From positions 157 to 64,156 of the forward strand of contig CAVSGX010000003.1 in assembly GCA_963727715.1 (NCBI GenBank): a DNA stretch of 64,000 bases. The letters are read 5' to 3'. Positions 29,265 to 39,004 of the stretch are shown one piece after another. This stretch comes from an uncultured bacterium (GTDB lineage: Bacteria > Patescibacteriota > Minisyncoccia > Phycocordibacterales > DATDWN01). The translations under genes and the position numbers were made by a program. Below the pieces are notes generated by a model, which did not search any database, was not told the DNA's origin, and worked only from the letters and a program-made list of their open reading frames with translations. Position 1 is the first letter of the stretch; each line of letters opens with the position of its first letter.

Positions 29265-30158
29265 CTATTGCAATTGACACCGCGCTTTCAGCTCGGCTAT
29301 GTCGTCCTTGCTCAAGTATTCGTTCGGACCGATATTCAGAGCGTACATTATTGAAGCTGGGTTGTTGTTGTGTGCCAGACCTAAAGCGTGACCAAGTTCG
29401 TGAGCCAGGACGCGGACCAGTTTTTGATTATCGCTGAATTCGTAAACGTTTATTTGGTCTGTGTTTGGGTCGTATTCCCCCTCCTGAAATTCCTTGCCCG
29501 CAGTTTGATTTATTTTATTGACGTTTGAATTGGCGTCGTTGACCAGCAAATTATATTTCTGAATAAAAGAATTGATTTGATCAGCCAGGCTATTTATTTG
29601 AACCACTTTATCGTTCAAAGTATTCTGTTCGGTCAAAAGGTTGTTTCTTTCAACATTCAATTTATCATATTCACTTTTTGGAGCACCCCCTTTATTGTTC
29701 CAATATTGCACTTCGGAGTTGTAAGAACTCTGATCTTGATTGAAAGTATTCAATTGGCTGGCATACTCCGTTTGAAGCGCCTTATATTGTTGCTCCAGAG
29801 AAAGATATTGCTGTTTTACCGCGTCAGCCGAACCGGCAATTTTGTTGACATCGGCTTGCAGAACCGCATTTTGCTGTGTGGTTTGTTGTCTCTCATCATA
29901 AACCAAGTTTATAACCAAACTGCCATTCGGATTATATTCAAATAATTTTTTACCAGCCGATTTTTGCCATATTGTTGTCGCCTGACTTATGTCGTCCAAA
30001 AAAGTTTTTTGGGTTATGCCAAAATGCGCGTCAAAAGAACCGAGCTTGTATTTAATCGGAGAGTCGCAAGGTTTTTTGTGCGAGAAATAAAAATATCCGT
30101 AAGCGCCGGTGCAGATAAGAATGACAACCAGCCAGAATGTGATATTTTTTCTAGACAT
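29265..30158 (-). CDS. Membrane-anchored metzincin (matrixin-like) zinc metalloprotease with a coiled-coil spacer
   Basis: N-terminal TM; Q/N-rich coiled-coil region; HELGHALGLAH (HExxHxxGxxH) motif near the C-terminus and a Met-turn candidate (SIMYA). Confidence 0.7.
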   Translation of the reverse strand: MSRKNITFWLVVILICTGAYGYFYFSHKKPCDSPIKYKLGSFDAHFGITQKTFLDDISQATTIWQKSAGKKLFEYNPNGSLVINLVYDERQQTTQQNAVLQADVNKIAGSADAVKQQYLSLEQQYKALQTEYASQLNTFNQDQSSYNSEVQYWNNKGGAPKSEYDKLNVERNNLLTEQNTLNDKVVQINSLADQINSFIQKYNLLVNDANSNVNKINQTAGKEFQEGEYDPNTDQINVYEFSDNQKLVRVLAHELGHALGLAHNNNPASIMYALNIGPNEYLSKDDIAELKARCQLQ

Positions 30159-30221
30159 CAGTTTTACAAAATTTTAAAAAACTCACACTGTTTGAATGTC
30201 CAATATGAAATAAATGCCTTT

Positions 30222-30635
30222 TTATTTCAAACCATGAGATTTAAAACATTCCTTGTATTTTTGATCTGTATTCATAATGTGGTCAATCAGCCAGTTTTCA
30301 ACAAAATCCACAAGCTCAAAAGCAAACTCCATAGTGTATTTCGGATATTTTTCTATCAATGCTTCCAGTTCCTCACTGAATTGTTTATGTCTTTCCTCAT
30401 GCTTTTTTGTTCCCTCATAGTTAAACATTTCAAAATATTTTTCTTCGGTCGCAAAATGAATATTTTTGTATTTTAGCAGTTCATCAACCACTCCTTTCAA
30501 ATATTTTTCCGGATCGTTTGTATTTATAACGTCGAATAGTTCATTTATAGCGGAGAATATCAATTTATGTTGATCGTCTATCTGAGCAACCCCGACGCTA
30601 TATTTATCATCCCACTCTAATTTTTTTATGTTCAT
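30222..30635 (-). CDS. Bacteriohemerythrin
   Basis: 137 aa; W.D.....V..ID.QH at the N-terminus plus H..., HF..EE, H...H, WL..HI..D iron-ligand pattern of the hemerythrin family. Confidence 0.8.
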   Translation of the reverse strand: MNIKKLEWDDKYSVGVAQIDDQHKLIFSAINELFDVINTNDPEKYLKGVVDELLKYKNIHFATEEKYFEMFNYEGTKKHEERHKQFSEELEALIEKYPKYTMEFAFELVDFVENWLIDHIMNTDQKYKECFKSHGLK

Positions 30636-30742
30636 ATTTAATATTTATTATTCAACTTATTTGCCATAACATTATACAACACCAAACCTTTATCGCCTCC
30701 GGTTTTTGTGGATAATAATTTGGAGTCCAGTCAAATTCTGAA

Positions 30743-30967
30743 TCACATCAACCTTTTCAAATCAGCTTCGTATTTTTTAGTCACAAATAGAGCGGCATCG
30801 GTTTGGCTTTTACCCTTTTTCATTTCAGCTTGTGTTTCCTCGGCGATTTTTTGAAATAAAGCCGGATCTTTTTCAAGCATGGCAAAAATTTTTTCCTGTT
30901 CGGCGACTGGCACACCGGCCATTTGCCTGGCTAGCATTTTTTTCATTAAAAAATTTTGAATAGACAT
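30743..30967 (-). CDS. Small hypothetical protein
   Basis: 74 aa, charged and helical, no TM. Confidence 0.3.
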   Translation of the reverse strand: MSIQNFLMKKMLARQMAGVPVAEQEKIFAMLEKDPALFQKIAEETQAEMKKGKSQTDAALFVTKKYEADLKRLM

Positions 30968-31128
30968 AAAATCATGATATCATAAATCCGTACACCAAAT
31001 TTGGCATCGTTGCAATTATTTTTTGGAAAATTATGAAAGCGGTTTAAATTATATCACAGAAATAATATTTGAAATAAGAATAACATTGCAACAAAAAATA
31101 ATGCCAAAATTGGTGTCCGGATAAAAAT

Positions 31129-31920
31129 ATGAAATGGAAACACATCATCTCTCTAGCTGGTTTGGCTGTGTTTGGTTTTTTGGTCTTTGTTTTTTATTAC
31201 GGGTTCACTTGGGACGATCTGGCTTCCCTGTCTTTCTACGAAACTCTGGCCAATCCTTCGGCGCGCATTATCAAAATGGATCCCGGTTTGCGCAAGGAAG
31301 AAATAGCTGATATTGTCGGCGATGAACTTGGTTGGAATGATAGTCAAAAAAGTCAGTTTATCAATTCTCCTCTGGCTGTGGCTGGAACAAATAATGAGGG
31401 CCACTTTTTCCCGAAAAGTTATCTGCTTTTGAAGAGCGACTTGCCTCAAGCTGTCGGGCAAATGATGTTTTCGGAATTTAACAAACAAGTGCAAAAAATT
31501 CCCAAATCGAAAACCACTCGCGTGGTAAACCAAGACACCGCTGTCAAAATCGCTTCCATCATCCAACGGGAATCCGGTGGCAAGAGCGATATGAGACTGA
31601 TCTCCGGCATTATTTGGAACAGATTGTTTGCCGGAATGAAATTGCAAATGGATGACACTTTGCAGTATGTTAAAGGAAATTCAAATAATTGGTGGCCAGC
31701 TATTACTCCTGCGGATAAAAACATTGACTCGCCTTACAACACTTATCTTTATCCATCCTTGCCACCGTCTCCCATTAACAGCCCTGGTTTGGACGCTTTA
31801 ACCGCCGCTTACAACCCGCAAACCACCTCCTGTCTTTTCTATCTACACGACAAAGCTGGCAATATTCATTGTTCGGTCACTTATCAAGGTCAGTTAAACA
31901 ACATCGCCAAGTACTACTGA
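31129..31920 (+). CDS. mltG: Endolytic murein transglycosylase MltG (YceG-like)
   Basis: N-terminal TM; YceG motifs ASIIQRESG and SPYNTYLYPSLPPSPINSPG. Confidence 0.8.
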   Translation: MKWKHIISLAGLAVFGFLVFVFYYGFTWDDLASLSFYETLANPSARIIKMDPGLRKEEIADIVGDELGWNDSQKSQFINSPLAVAGTNNEGHFFPKSYLLLKSDLPQAVGQMMFSEFNKQVQKIPKSKTTRVVNQDTAVKIASIIQRESGGKSDMRLISGIIWNRLFAGMKLQMDDTLQYVKGNSNNWWPAITPADKNIDSPYNTYLYPSLPPSPINSPGLDALTAAYNPQTTSCLFYLHDKAGNIHCSVTYQGQLNNIAKYY

Positions 31921-31945
31921 TGGTTATTTATGTTTGGAAGCATCT

Positions 31946-33088
31946 TTAACAGCGTTTGCCACGACGCGAGCCACTCGTCTGTCGAATGGGCTTGGAATAA
32001 TATATTGAGTTGATAAATCTTTCTTGGAAATCAATCCGGCGATAGCTTTCGGCCGCCGACATTTTCATTGTGTCGGTGATTTGTTTGGCTTGCGCGTCAA
32101 GAGCCCCGCGAAATATTCCCGGAAAAGCCAGAACATTGTTTATTTGATTTGGGTAATCGCTTCGGCCGGTACCAAAGATTTTTATTTTTGTTTTCTTGGC
32201 GTCGGAGAATGAAATTTCCGGATTCGGATTGGCCATGGCGAAAACGATTGGATCATTTGTCATCTTACTTATCCACTCGGGCTTTAAGGCCGAAGCCACT
32301 GATACGCCAATAAAAACATCCGCTCCAGCTAGCGCTTCCCTAAGCCCGCCCACGACTTTTTTGCCATTGCTTTTTTCGGCCACTTTTTTCTTGTACGGAT
32401 TCAGACCCTTTCTTTTTGTGTTTATTATTCCGACGCTGTCGAGCATTATTATATTTTTGGCAGGGATTCCGTAGATGACGAGTAAGTTAAATATGGCCAT
32501 TGCCGCCGAACCGGCTCCGTTTATAACAAGCTTCACTTTTGTCTGATTTTTTTTGACGACTTTCAGAGCGTTTATGAGAGCGGCCAAAACAACAATAGCT
32601 GTGCCATGCTGATCGTCATGCATCACCGGAATATCCAGTTCTTTTTTCAATCTTTCCTCAATTTCAAAACATCTTGGCGCGGAAATGTCTTCCAGATTTA
32701 TTCCACCAAAGCCGACGGAAATATTTTTGACGGTTTTTATAATTTCTTCAGTATCCTGTGTGTTGAGGCAAATCGGATAAGCGTCAACTCCACCGAACTC
32801 TTTGAAGAGCACAGCTTTGCCTTCCATCACCGGCATAGCCGCTTCCGGTCCGACATTGCCAAGTCCCAGCACAGCTGAACCGTCGGAGACAACAGCCACA
32901 GCGTTTGATTTCAGCGTGTAGTCCCAAATAGCCGATTTGTTTTTATTGATTGCCCGACTGACCTCGGCCACACCTGGCGTGTAAGCCAGCGATAAATCAT
33001 TTTTGTTTTTCAGTTTGACTTTTGAATAAACTCCGAGCTTGCCTTTTTTCTTTTTGTGAAGTTCTAACGATTTTTTAAAGTAATCCAT
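31946..33088 (-). CDS. NAD(P)-dependent malic enzyme (short archaeal-type)
   Basis: LSLAYTPGVAEVS..VAVVSDGSAVLGLGNVGPEAAMPVMEGKAVLFKEFGGVDAYP signature, then a Rossmann NAD-binding domain; start trimmed to MDYFKK. Confidence 0.8.
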   Translation of the reverse strand: MDYFKKSLELHKKKKGKLGVYSKVKLKNKNDLSLAYTPGVAEVSRAINKNKSAIWDYTLKSNAVAVVSDGSAVLGLGNVGPEAAMPVMEGKAVLFKEFGGVDAYPICLNTQDTEEIIKTVKNISVGFGGINLEDISAPRCFEIEERLKKELDIPVMHDDQHGTAIVVLAALINALKVVKKNQTKVKLVINGAGSAAMAIFNLLVIYGIPAKNIIMLDSVGIINTKRKGLNPYKKKVAEKSNGKKVVGGLREALAGADVFIGVSVASALKPEWISKMTNDPIVFAMANPNPEISFSDAKKTKIKIFGTGRSDYPNQINNVLAFPGIFRGALDAQAKQITDTMKMSAAESYRRIDFQERFINSIYYSKPIRQTSGSRRGKRC

Positions 33089-33225
33089 ATTGATTAGTAT
33101 AATGTTTAATAACAAAAAATTTTGTGTCTGTAATAAGTTTACGAAAGCCGAGCGTAAAAAGTTGCCAAAACAAAAAACTCCGAAGAGTTTTTTGCCGAGA
33201 ATTCTCAAAAATTTTCTCAAACAAA

Positions 33226-33450
33226 TTACATTTTTGGCTGAACTGGTGCAGACTCGCAAGCTTTGCAGTTTTTCTTGTGAGTGAAAATTTCATACAAAGC
33301 CGACAAACCGACCAAAATGTAAATAATGCGCGAAACAACGGCCGCTTGGCTCCCGAACAGCATTCCAATATCCCAAGAAAAGATACCAACCAAAAGCCAA
33401 TTCAAACCGCCGATAATGACCAAAATATAAGCTAATTTATGTAATTTCAT
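33226..33450 (-). CDS. DUF378-family small membrane protein
   Basis: 74 aa; IGGLNWLLVGIF matches the DUF378 (YuiB-like) signature IGG.NWGLVG. Confidence 0.6.
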   Translation of the reverse strand: MKLHKLAYILVIIGGLNWLLVGIFSWDIGMLFGSQAAVVSRIIYILVGLSALYEIFTHKKNCKACESAPVQPKM

Positions 33451-33549
33451 ATTTTTAATGATATAAAAAGAATCGACCTTTTAGAGCGACTGCTCTCGTC
33501 ACAATTATCCTATTATTATTTCAATAAGGCAAACTGCTTATCCCCACCT

Positions 33550-34281
33550 TTACTTCAAAGATTCTATTTTAGCTTGAATTTCCTCGTCGCTAGAAAGATA
33601 ATAATGTTTGATTTCATTTCCATTCTCATCAAATTCATAAATCAACGGCTCGCCTGTCGGAATGTTCAATTCTGGGATCTGCTCATCAGAAATATTATTC
33701 AGATTTTTAACAACGGCTCGGCAAGAGTTCCCACTCAAAACGATTAAAATATTTTTACCTTGCTTTATTTTTGGCATGATTTCCGAATTCCACAAAGGCA
33801 TCGTTCTTTTTTCAGTATCTTCCAGTGATTCACTCAAAGGCAATTCATTTTCCGGGATATCTTTGTATTTCTCTTGATTTTTCGGAGCGGTCGGATCGTT
33901 TGGCGAGAGAAGGGGCGGTCTTTCGCGAAATGACCGGTGCCATAAATCAAACTTTTCCTTTCCAAATTTTTCGATTATTTCCTGATGGTTGTGACCCTGC
34001 AAAGCGCCGTAATGTCTTTCGTTCAGTCGCCAAGAAAAAAATTGCGGAATATTTTCTTTGCCCAAAACTTTCAAAACAATTTTCATTGTTTCTTCAGATC
34101 TTTCCAATACAGACGAATACGCCTCGTCAATTTCTATGCCGGATTTTTTAATAAGTTCGCCGGCCCGCCTAGCTTCCTCCTCGCCGGCCGGCGCCAGTGG
34201 GACATTTGTCCAACCCGTAAATTTTTTTTCAATATTGTATTGCGTTATACCATGTCGTAGCAAAATTATTTTTATGGTCAT
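33550..34281 (-). CDS. gpmA: 2,3-bisphosphoglycerate-dependent phosphoglycerate mutase
   Basis: LLRHGITQYN..FTGW.NVPL (RHG motif); RLNERHYGALQG; about 240 aa like dPGM. Confidence 0.88.
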   Translation of the reverse strand: MTIKIILLRHGITQYNIEKKFTGWTNVPLAPAGEEEARRAGELIKKSGIEIDEAYSSVLERSEETMKIVLKVLGKENIPQFFSWRLNERHYGALQGHNHQEIIEKFGKEKFDLWHRSFRERPPLLSPNDPTAPKNQEKYKDIPENELPLSESLEDTEKRTMPLWNSEIMPKIKQGKNILIVLSGNSCRAVVKNLNNISDEQIPELNIPTGEPLIYEFDENGNEIKHYYLSSDEEIQAKIESLK

Positions 34282-34536
34282 GAGTTTATTTTACACTTTT
34301 TTATCAATCTAAGAAATCCTTGACAGAATATTTTTGATATGATAAGCTGTCAAAGCCTCATGGCTTGTGAAAACAGGTAAGGGACATCGTCAGGAATGGC
34401 GACACGAGAAGTGGTTATTGTCCACAAAAGACCACTGCGGGAGAATAGGCCCCTCCGACTGTAAGCCCTAACACCTCTGGTTGATACTATTTTTTACAAA
34501 TATGTGTCACAGGGGTGTTTTTGTTTTTTCAAATTT

Positions 34537-36234
34537 TTATTGCAACAAAATATTCGTTTTCGGTAACGAGTCCAAAAGTTGGCGGATGACTCCAACCGCG
34601 CCGAACTGATTGGTTTTGCTGGCGCGTTCCATGACTACTGCGAAGGCATACTTCGGGTTATCAGCCGGCCAAAAACCGATTGTCCACGAGTTGACCAAAT
34701 CTTTTGAAACGCCGAGTTGAGCTGTGCCTGTTTTGGCTGCGATATCGAGGTATGGCACATTAAGCGCGGTGCAAGTTCCTTCCGTCACGCACAATCTCAT
34801 TCCTTCGCGAACGATTTGAAAATATGTCGGATCAAGCTGAATTTTTACAATTGGTCGAGTAAAATAATTTTTCAAAAATGTTGGCACCTGAAGCACACCA
34901 TTGTTTGCGATAGCTGCCACCGCTCGCACAGCTTGTATTGGCGTGACTTGAAAACCGTACTGGCCGATGGTGGTATTGTAAGTATCGCCGATGCGCCAGA
35001 CTTCACCCTTGAAATTAACCGCTTTCCAAGCCGGATCGGGGATGATGCCGGTTTGTTCACCTGGGAAATTAATATCAGTTGTGGTGCCGAAACCAAACAT
35101 CCTCATATATTTTTCTATATTATCTATACCTAAACCTTTCTGTGTCCCAAATCCCCCGCCGACTTCGTAAAAATAAACATCAGAAGAAACAGCCAAAGCG
35201 TGACGCAAATCCACCAAACCGTTCACACGCCAGTCCATAAAAATGGATGGTTTATTTTTGTCATAAGGATTTGGCACAGAAATGGAACCAGTGGAAAGAA
35301 TCTGTTTGGTCGGGCTGATTATTTTTTGGTCCAAAACACCCATAGCTATGAATGGCTTGACGATAGAACCGGGTGTGTAAAGACCATCCACCACGCGATT
35401 GAGAAAAGGTTTGTTGTTGTCACTTAGCCAAGCGTTTATTTTTGTACTATCGCTTCCGTCGGTCAAAACTTGTGAGGAAAATTCCGGAAAGGTGGCGCTG
35501 GCTATTATTTCACCAGTGTTGATATCCATTATCACTCCGCCTCCGCCCTTGAAACCGGCTTGTTCGGCGACCGAAAGCATAGCCTGATACAATTTTTCTT
35601 GAACCGTCTTATCAATTGATAAGACTAAATTTTGTCCGCTTTGTGGTGGGTGCACCACGCTCTCCGATATGACATTACCTTTAACATCAGTCTCCACGAT
35701 TTTGCTGCCGTCGGATCCGGAAAGGCTGGCGTCATAAATTTTTTCCAAACCGGCAATCGGTACGATTTTACTTTGATAATAAATTCCGGAAGAATCCTTG
35801 GATGGATATTTAATATAACCCAAAAGCGTCGACAGTCCGGTGGAAGTGGCATAAACACGCAAAGAAAAATCGGTGGAGTTTGGATTGATGTCGTTCCAAA
35901 CCAAAGGATTAGCGTTTCTGTCGGTTATGAGTCCTCTGTCGGCCAAAACCGGAGTGACTCGCAAACTGTTGTTTTGGCTTTTAGAAAGAAGATTGTTGCC
36001 ATTTATAATTTGCAAATTCCATGTTTTGCCAACAAAAATCAAAATGACGCAAATAATAATCAAAAAGAAAAAAGTGAAAACTTTTCTGCCGATTGGCCGC
36101 TCGATCCGTCCCTCAAACTGATCTTTGTTGAACTCCGGCAAGTTTTGCGAGTCCAAAAAAATCTCGTCCGGATCAATCGGGGCGTAATATCGCGAGGTTT
36201 TGCTTTTGATGTAATTTTTCAGTTTGTGGAGCAT
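34537..36234 (-). CDS. mrdA: Penicillin-binding protein 2-like transpeptidase
   Basis: N-terminal TM; SxxK (GSIVKP) and KTGT(A) motifs; adjacent to mreD/mreC/mreB. Confidence 0.8.
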   Translation of the reverse strand: MLHKLKNYIKSKTSRYYAPIDPDEIFLDSQNLPEFNKDQFEGRIERPIGRKVFTFFFLIIICVILIFVGKTWNLQIINGNNLLSKSQNNSLRVTPVLADRGLITDRNANPLVWNDINPNSTDFSLRVYATSTGLSTLLGYIKYPSKDSSGIYYQSKIVPIAGLEKIYDASLSGSDGSKIVETDVKGNVISESVVHPPQSGQNLVLSIDKTVQEKLYQAMLSVAEQAGFKGGGGVIMDINTGEIIASATFPEFSSQVLTDGSDSTKINAWLSDNNKPFLNRVVDGLYTPGSIVKPFIAMGVLDQKIISPTKQILSTGSISVPNPYDKNKPSIFMDWRVNGLVDLRHALAVSSDVYFYEVGGGFGTQKGLGIDNIEKYMRMFGFGTTTDINFPGEQTGIIPDPAWKAVNFKGEVWRIGDTYNTTIGQYGFQVTPIQAVRAVAAIANNGVLQVPTFLKNYFTRPIVKIQLDPTYFQIVREGMRLCVTEGTCTALNVPYLDIAAKTGTAQLGVSKDLVNSWTIGFWPADNPKYAFAVVMERASKTNQFGAVGVIRQLLDSLPKTNILLQ

Positions 36235-36245
36235 TGTGTGTAGTG

Positions 36246-36400
36246 TAAACCCTGTCGCTTGTATTCCTCGAAAGGCAATCTGTCTGGCAAAGCTTTGTCA
36301 GCGAACTTCTCGTCGCTCAAGAAAATTATGTTCGGAATACCTCACTAGTTTTCTAAGCTCCTGCGAAAGGCCTTTCTCGAAATACTAGCGACAGGGTTTG
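36246..36400. repeat. MITE-like palindromic repeat, family B, copy 1
   Basis: TIR AAACCCTGTCGCT.GTATT / AATACTAGCGACAGGGTTTG; core CAATCTGTCTGGC..AGCGAACTTCTCGTCGCTCAAGAAAATTATGTTCGGAATACCTCACTAGTTTTCTAAGCTCCTGCGAAAGGC. Confidence 0.6.
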
Positions 36401-36451
36401 TCTGTCAAAATTCCTTTCTCGACAATCAAGAAAATAATTCTACCAGAAGTT

Positions 36452-36691
36452 TCAAGTCCTGATTCTGGTTTTTATCATCATAACCAAAATCAAAAAAATT
36501 GTCGCGGAAATGAGGCCGATGTGCTGGTTGGAGTAAAGTGTATCCAAGAGAAAACCGAAAAAAACCGCTTCGGCGTATGTTGGCAAATAAACGGTCAGTG
36601 CCACAACAATCACAGCCGTAATCCACCACGGCAAAGTCAGCGCACAAATATAAACCACCACAAACAATACAACTCTCTGCCAAGTTTTCAT
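36452..36691 (-). CDS. mreD: Small polytopic membrane protein, possibly MreD
   Basis: 79 aa; three hydrophobic helices; lies between mrdA and mreC-mreB as mreD does in canonical operons; no diagnostic motif. Confidence 0.35.
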   Translation of the reverse strand: MKTWQRVVLFVVVYICALTLPWWITAVIVVALTVYLPTYAEAVFFGFLLDTLYSNQHIGLISATIFLILVMMIKTRIRT

Positions 36692-36755
36692 GAAAGTATT
36701 TTAGCACGAATAGCTTTATTTTCGGCCAATTTTCAACACTTGACTTTATATTTAA

Positions 36756-37751
36756 TTAGGTGTATAATATAGGTAGGAGGTGAGGCCTCCCAATTACCCC
36801 CTCAAGTAGGACAGAACTAATGTTTGAATAATAACTCATTGGCGCGCGGAAGCCAATCACTTCTCTCGGTCGGTTGTTTAGGAAGGAATGTATTTCTTGC
36901 AATTCTTCCTCAGTGACTGACTCAATATCTCTTCGTTTAGGCACAAAACATCTGATCCATCTGTTGGTGTTTTCCACCAGACCTTTTTCCCAAGAATGGT
37001 ATGGATGTGTAAAATAGATTGGCACTTGCAGGAGAGTTTCCAACTCTTTCCAACAGGTGAATGCAATATCGTTGTCTGTGGTGATGCTCTTCAATTCAAC
37101 ACCATGGAACAGACGGGAAAGCGCGGCACGAATAGTGTCGCGTTTTCTGTTGGGCAGTTTCCTGACCCATGTTCTTTTGGCTTGCCAATCCACAGCAACC
37201 AAAAGTACCCACGAACTGTCTTTGGAAACGATGAAATCCAGCTCAATGTGTCCTAGACCTTTTCTCTCCGGTCTGACATCAATATACTTCCTGCCATCCT
37301 GAATGTGCTTCCAATGATTTCGTTTTCTCCCACCCTTGTGATTGTTCCAACCCCAAAAAAGCAGGTGGTTTAGATCTCTCGACTCGGCAAATTTGTATAT
37401 GGCTTTGGCCGAGCAGATGATACCCATTTCACATTCAAGATACCCGCTAATCTGCTTCGGCGACCAATGATACGGCTTGGTTAATCGTTCCACCACGAAT
37501 CGACAGAGAAACGGGTCAAGCGCCACTTTCAGACACTGCTGTTTGGCTCGCCATCTTTTCATTGAAACTTTCTGCTTGGCTTTTTCCGCTTCATACACCC
37601 CATTAACACTGTGTTTTTGTATTTCTCTGCTCACAGTGTTGACACTCCGACCGAGAAATTCGGCAATTTTGCGAATGGCCGAACCGGCGCAATACATCTT
37701 TTCAATACAAAACCTCTCTTCAAAAGACAAATGATGATATTTGTTTTTCAT
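36756..37751 (-). CDS. IS30-family DDE transposase (copy 2, C-terminally extended)
   Basis: 331 aa, identical to copy 1 except G115D and the extra C-terminal VIGRPHLLPILYT. Confidence 0.85.
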   Translation of the reverse strand: MKNKYHHLSFEERFCIEKMYCAGSAIRKIAEFLGRSVNTVSREIQKHSVNGVYEAEKAKQKVSMKRWRAKQQCLKVALDPFLCRFVVERLTKPYHWSPKQISGYLECEMGIICSAKAIYKFAESRDLNHLLFWGWNNHKGGRKRNHWKHIQDGRKYIDVRPERKGLGHIELDFIVSKDSSWVLLVAVDWQAKRTWVRKLPNRKRDTIRAALSRLFHGVELKSITTDNDIAFTCWKELETLLQVPIYFTHPYHSWEKGLVENTNRWIRCFVPKRRDIESVTEEELQEIHSFLNNRPREVIGFRAPMSYYSNISSVLLEGVIGRPHLLPILYT

Positions 37752-37830
37752 ATGACAATTAAAATTAATTTTCGACTAATGCATTAATTCTAACTGTCCT
37801 ACTTCAAAGGTGGCTAGGGGAGGGCTATGA
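36785..37830 (-). mobile_element. IS30-family insertion sequence, copy 2 (inverted relative to copy 1)
   Basis: Near-identical to 15923-16956 in reverse orientation; a 1-nt difference at the transposase stop extends the ORF by 13 codons into flanking DNA. Confidence 0.8.
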
Positions 37831-38111
37831 AAAAGATTCTCTCGTTAGACAGTCGGGCATGGTCAGCCAGCTTTCTGAATGCTGCTGCCATGGCTAACGG
37901 GTTCTGGACACTGTGGACGAGCCGGAATGTCTCCGGCACGTCACTCGTGATGATGGCAATTTTTTTGTACGTCCAGATCACTTACGCTCAGGTCGGCTAC
38001 AAGACCAAATCGCTGGCCCTTCTGTGGGGCATGGTGATTAGTGCCGTATTCACCACAGCGATCATTGTGTTCGTTTTGTACATTCGATTTTTTCATCCCC
38101 ATCTGCCCTAG
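37827..38111 (+). CDS. Hypothetical small membrane protein abutting the IS end (possibly a remnant or created by the insertion)
   Basis: 94 aa; ATG lies in the last bases of the IS inverted repeat; two TM helices. Confidence 0.25.
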   Translation: MKKILSLDSRAWSASFLNAAAMANGFWTLWTSRNVSGTSLVMMAIFLYVQITYAQVGYKTKSLALLWGMVISAVFTTAIIVFVLYIRFFHPHLP

Positions 38112-38149
38112 TGGCCGTTGGGGATTTCGTTTTATAAATTTTTACAAAA

Positions 38150-39004
38150 TTATTTCTGGACAAAAACCCATTTGGTTTGGAAAACATTTCCGGGGATGCG
38201 GATGAAAATTGTTTTGAAGGATGATTGGGCTGACTGGTCAATGTAAAAAACACTGCCGATAACGGAAGTCTTGATATTCGGATAACTAAAAACATCGCCC
38301 CACATAATGTCCGCGTCTTTCGGCACCTCAACCAACATATCGGCTCCACCTTGACCGACGATCTCATATGTCGTGCCGGTGCGCTCGTCAGTCAAAAAAT
38401 TTTGCATTCCGCCCTTGGAAAACAAACTGACCACTGATGTTTTGCCGGTCACATCACTCACCTCGCCTACCAAAATGGTGTCCGAAATGTAGACTTTATC
38501 GCCGACAGCCACGCCATTTTCCGAACCCACATCCAAAACAAAAGTGTCGTAAGGCGATTGTGGCGGTTTTGATAAAACGTTTGCCAAAAGACGATTGCTT
38601 GCGATATTGCCAACATTTCGACCAAACGAATTTTTCAAATCCTGATTTTCTTGGCTGATGGTGTCGTAGTCAACCTGTTTTAGCTCTAGCGAAACGATTT
38701 GGTTTTGCAGACTGTTGACTTCGGCGGTAAGTGACGACTTTGAAGAAAAAAACTGACCCAAACTACCGGCCCCGCTTCCGATGGTTCTGCCGACTGTCCA
38801 AACGGGTCTGGCGGTGGCGCTGAAAATATTTCTTAAAGTTTTAGGAAAAAGAAAATTCAAAATCAAAAGCAGAAGAAAAAATAAAATAACAAAAATTATT
38901 TTTAAAAAAGTTGGATGTCTCGGTCTGTCAAAAGTCCTGTGAAAAATATTTGGTTTGCTGTTTGTTGTTTTCAGACCGGATTCATTTTTTCGGAGGTAGT
39001 TCAT
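38150..39004 (-). CDS. mreC: Rod shape-determining protein MreC
   Basis: N-terminal TM; coiled coil; C-terminal beta-domain; overlaps the mreB stop. Confidence 0.75.
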   Translation of the reverse strand: MNYLRKNESGLKTTNSKPNIFHRTFDRPRHPTFLKIIFVILFFLLLLILNFLFPKTLRNIFSATARPVWTVGRTIGSGAGSLGQFFSSKSSLTAEVNSLQNQIVSLELKQVDYDTISQENQDLKNSFGRNVGNIASNRLLANVLSKPPQSPYDTFVLDVGSENGVAVGDKVYISDTILVGEVSDVTGKTSVVSLFSKGGMQNFLTDERTGTTYEIVGQGGADMLVEVPKDADIMWGDVFSYPNIKTSVIGSVFYIDQSAQSSFKTIFIRIPGNVFQTKWVFVQK

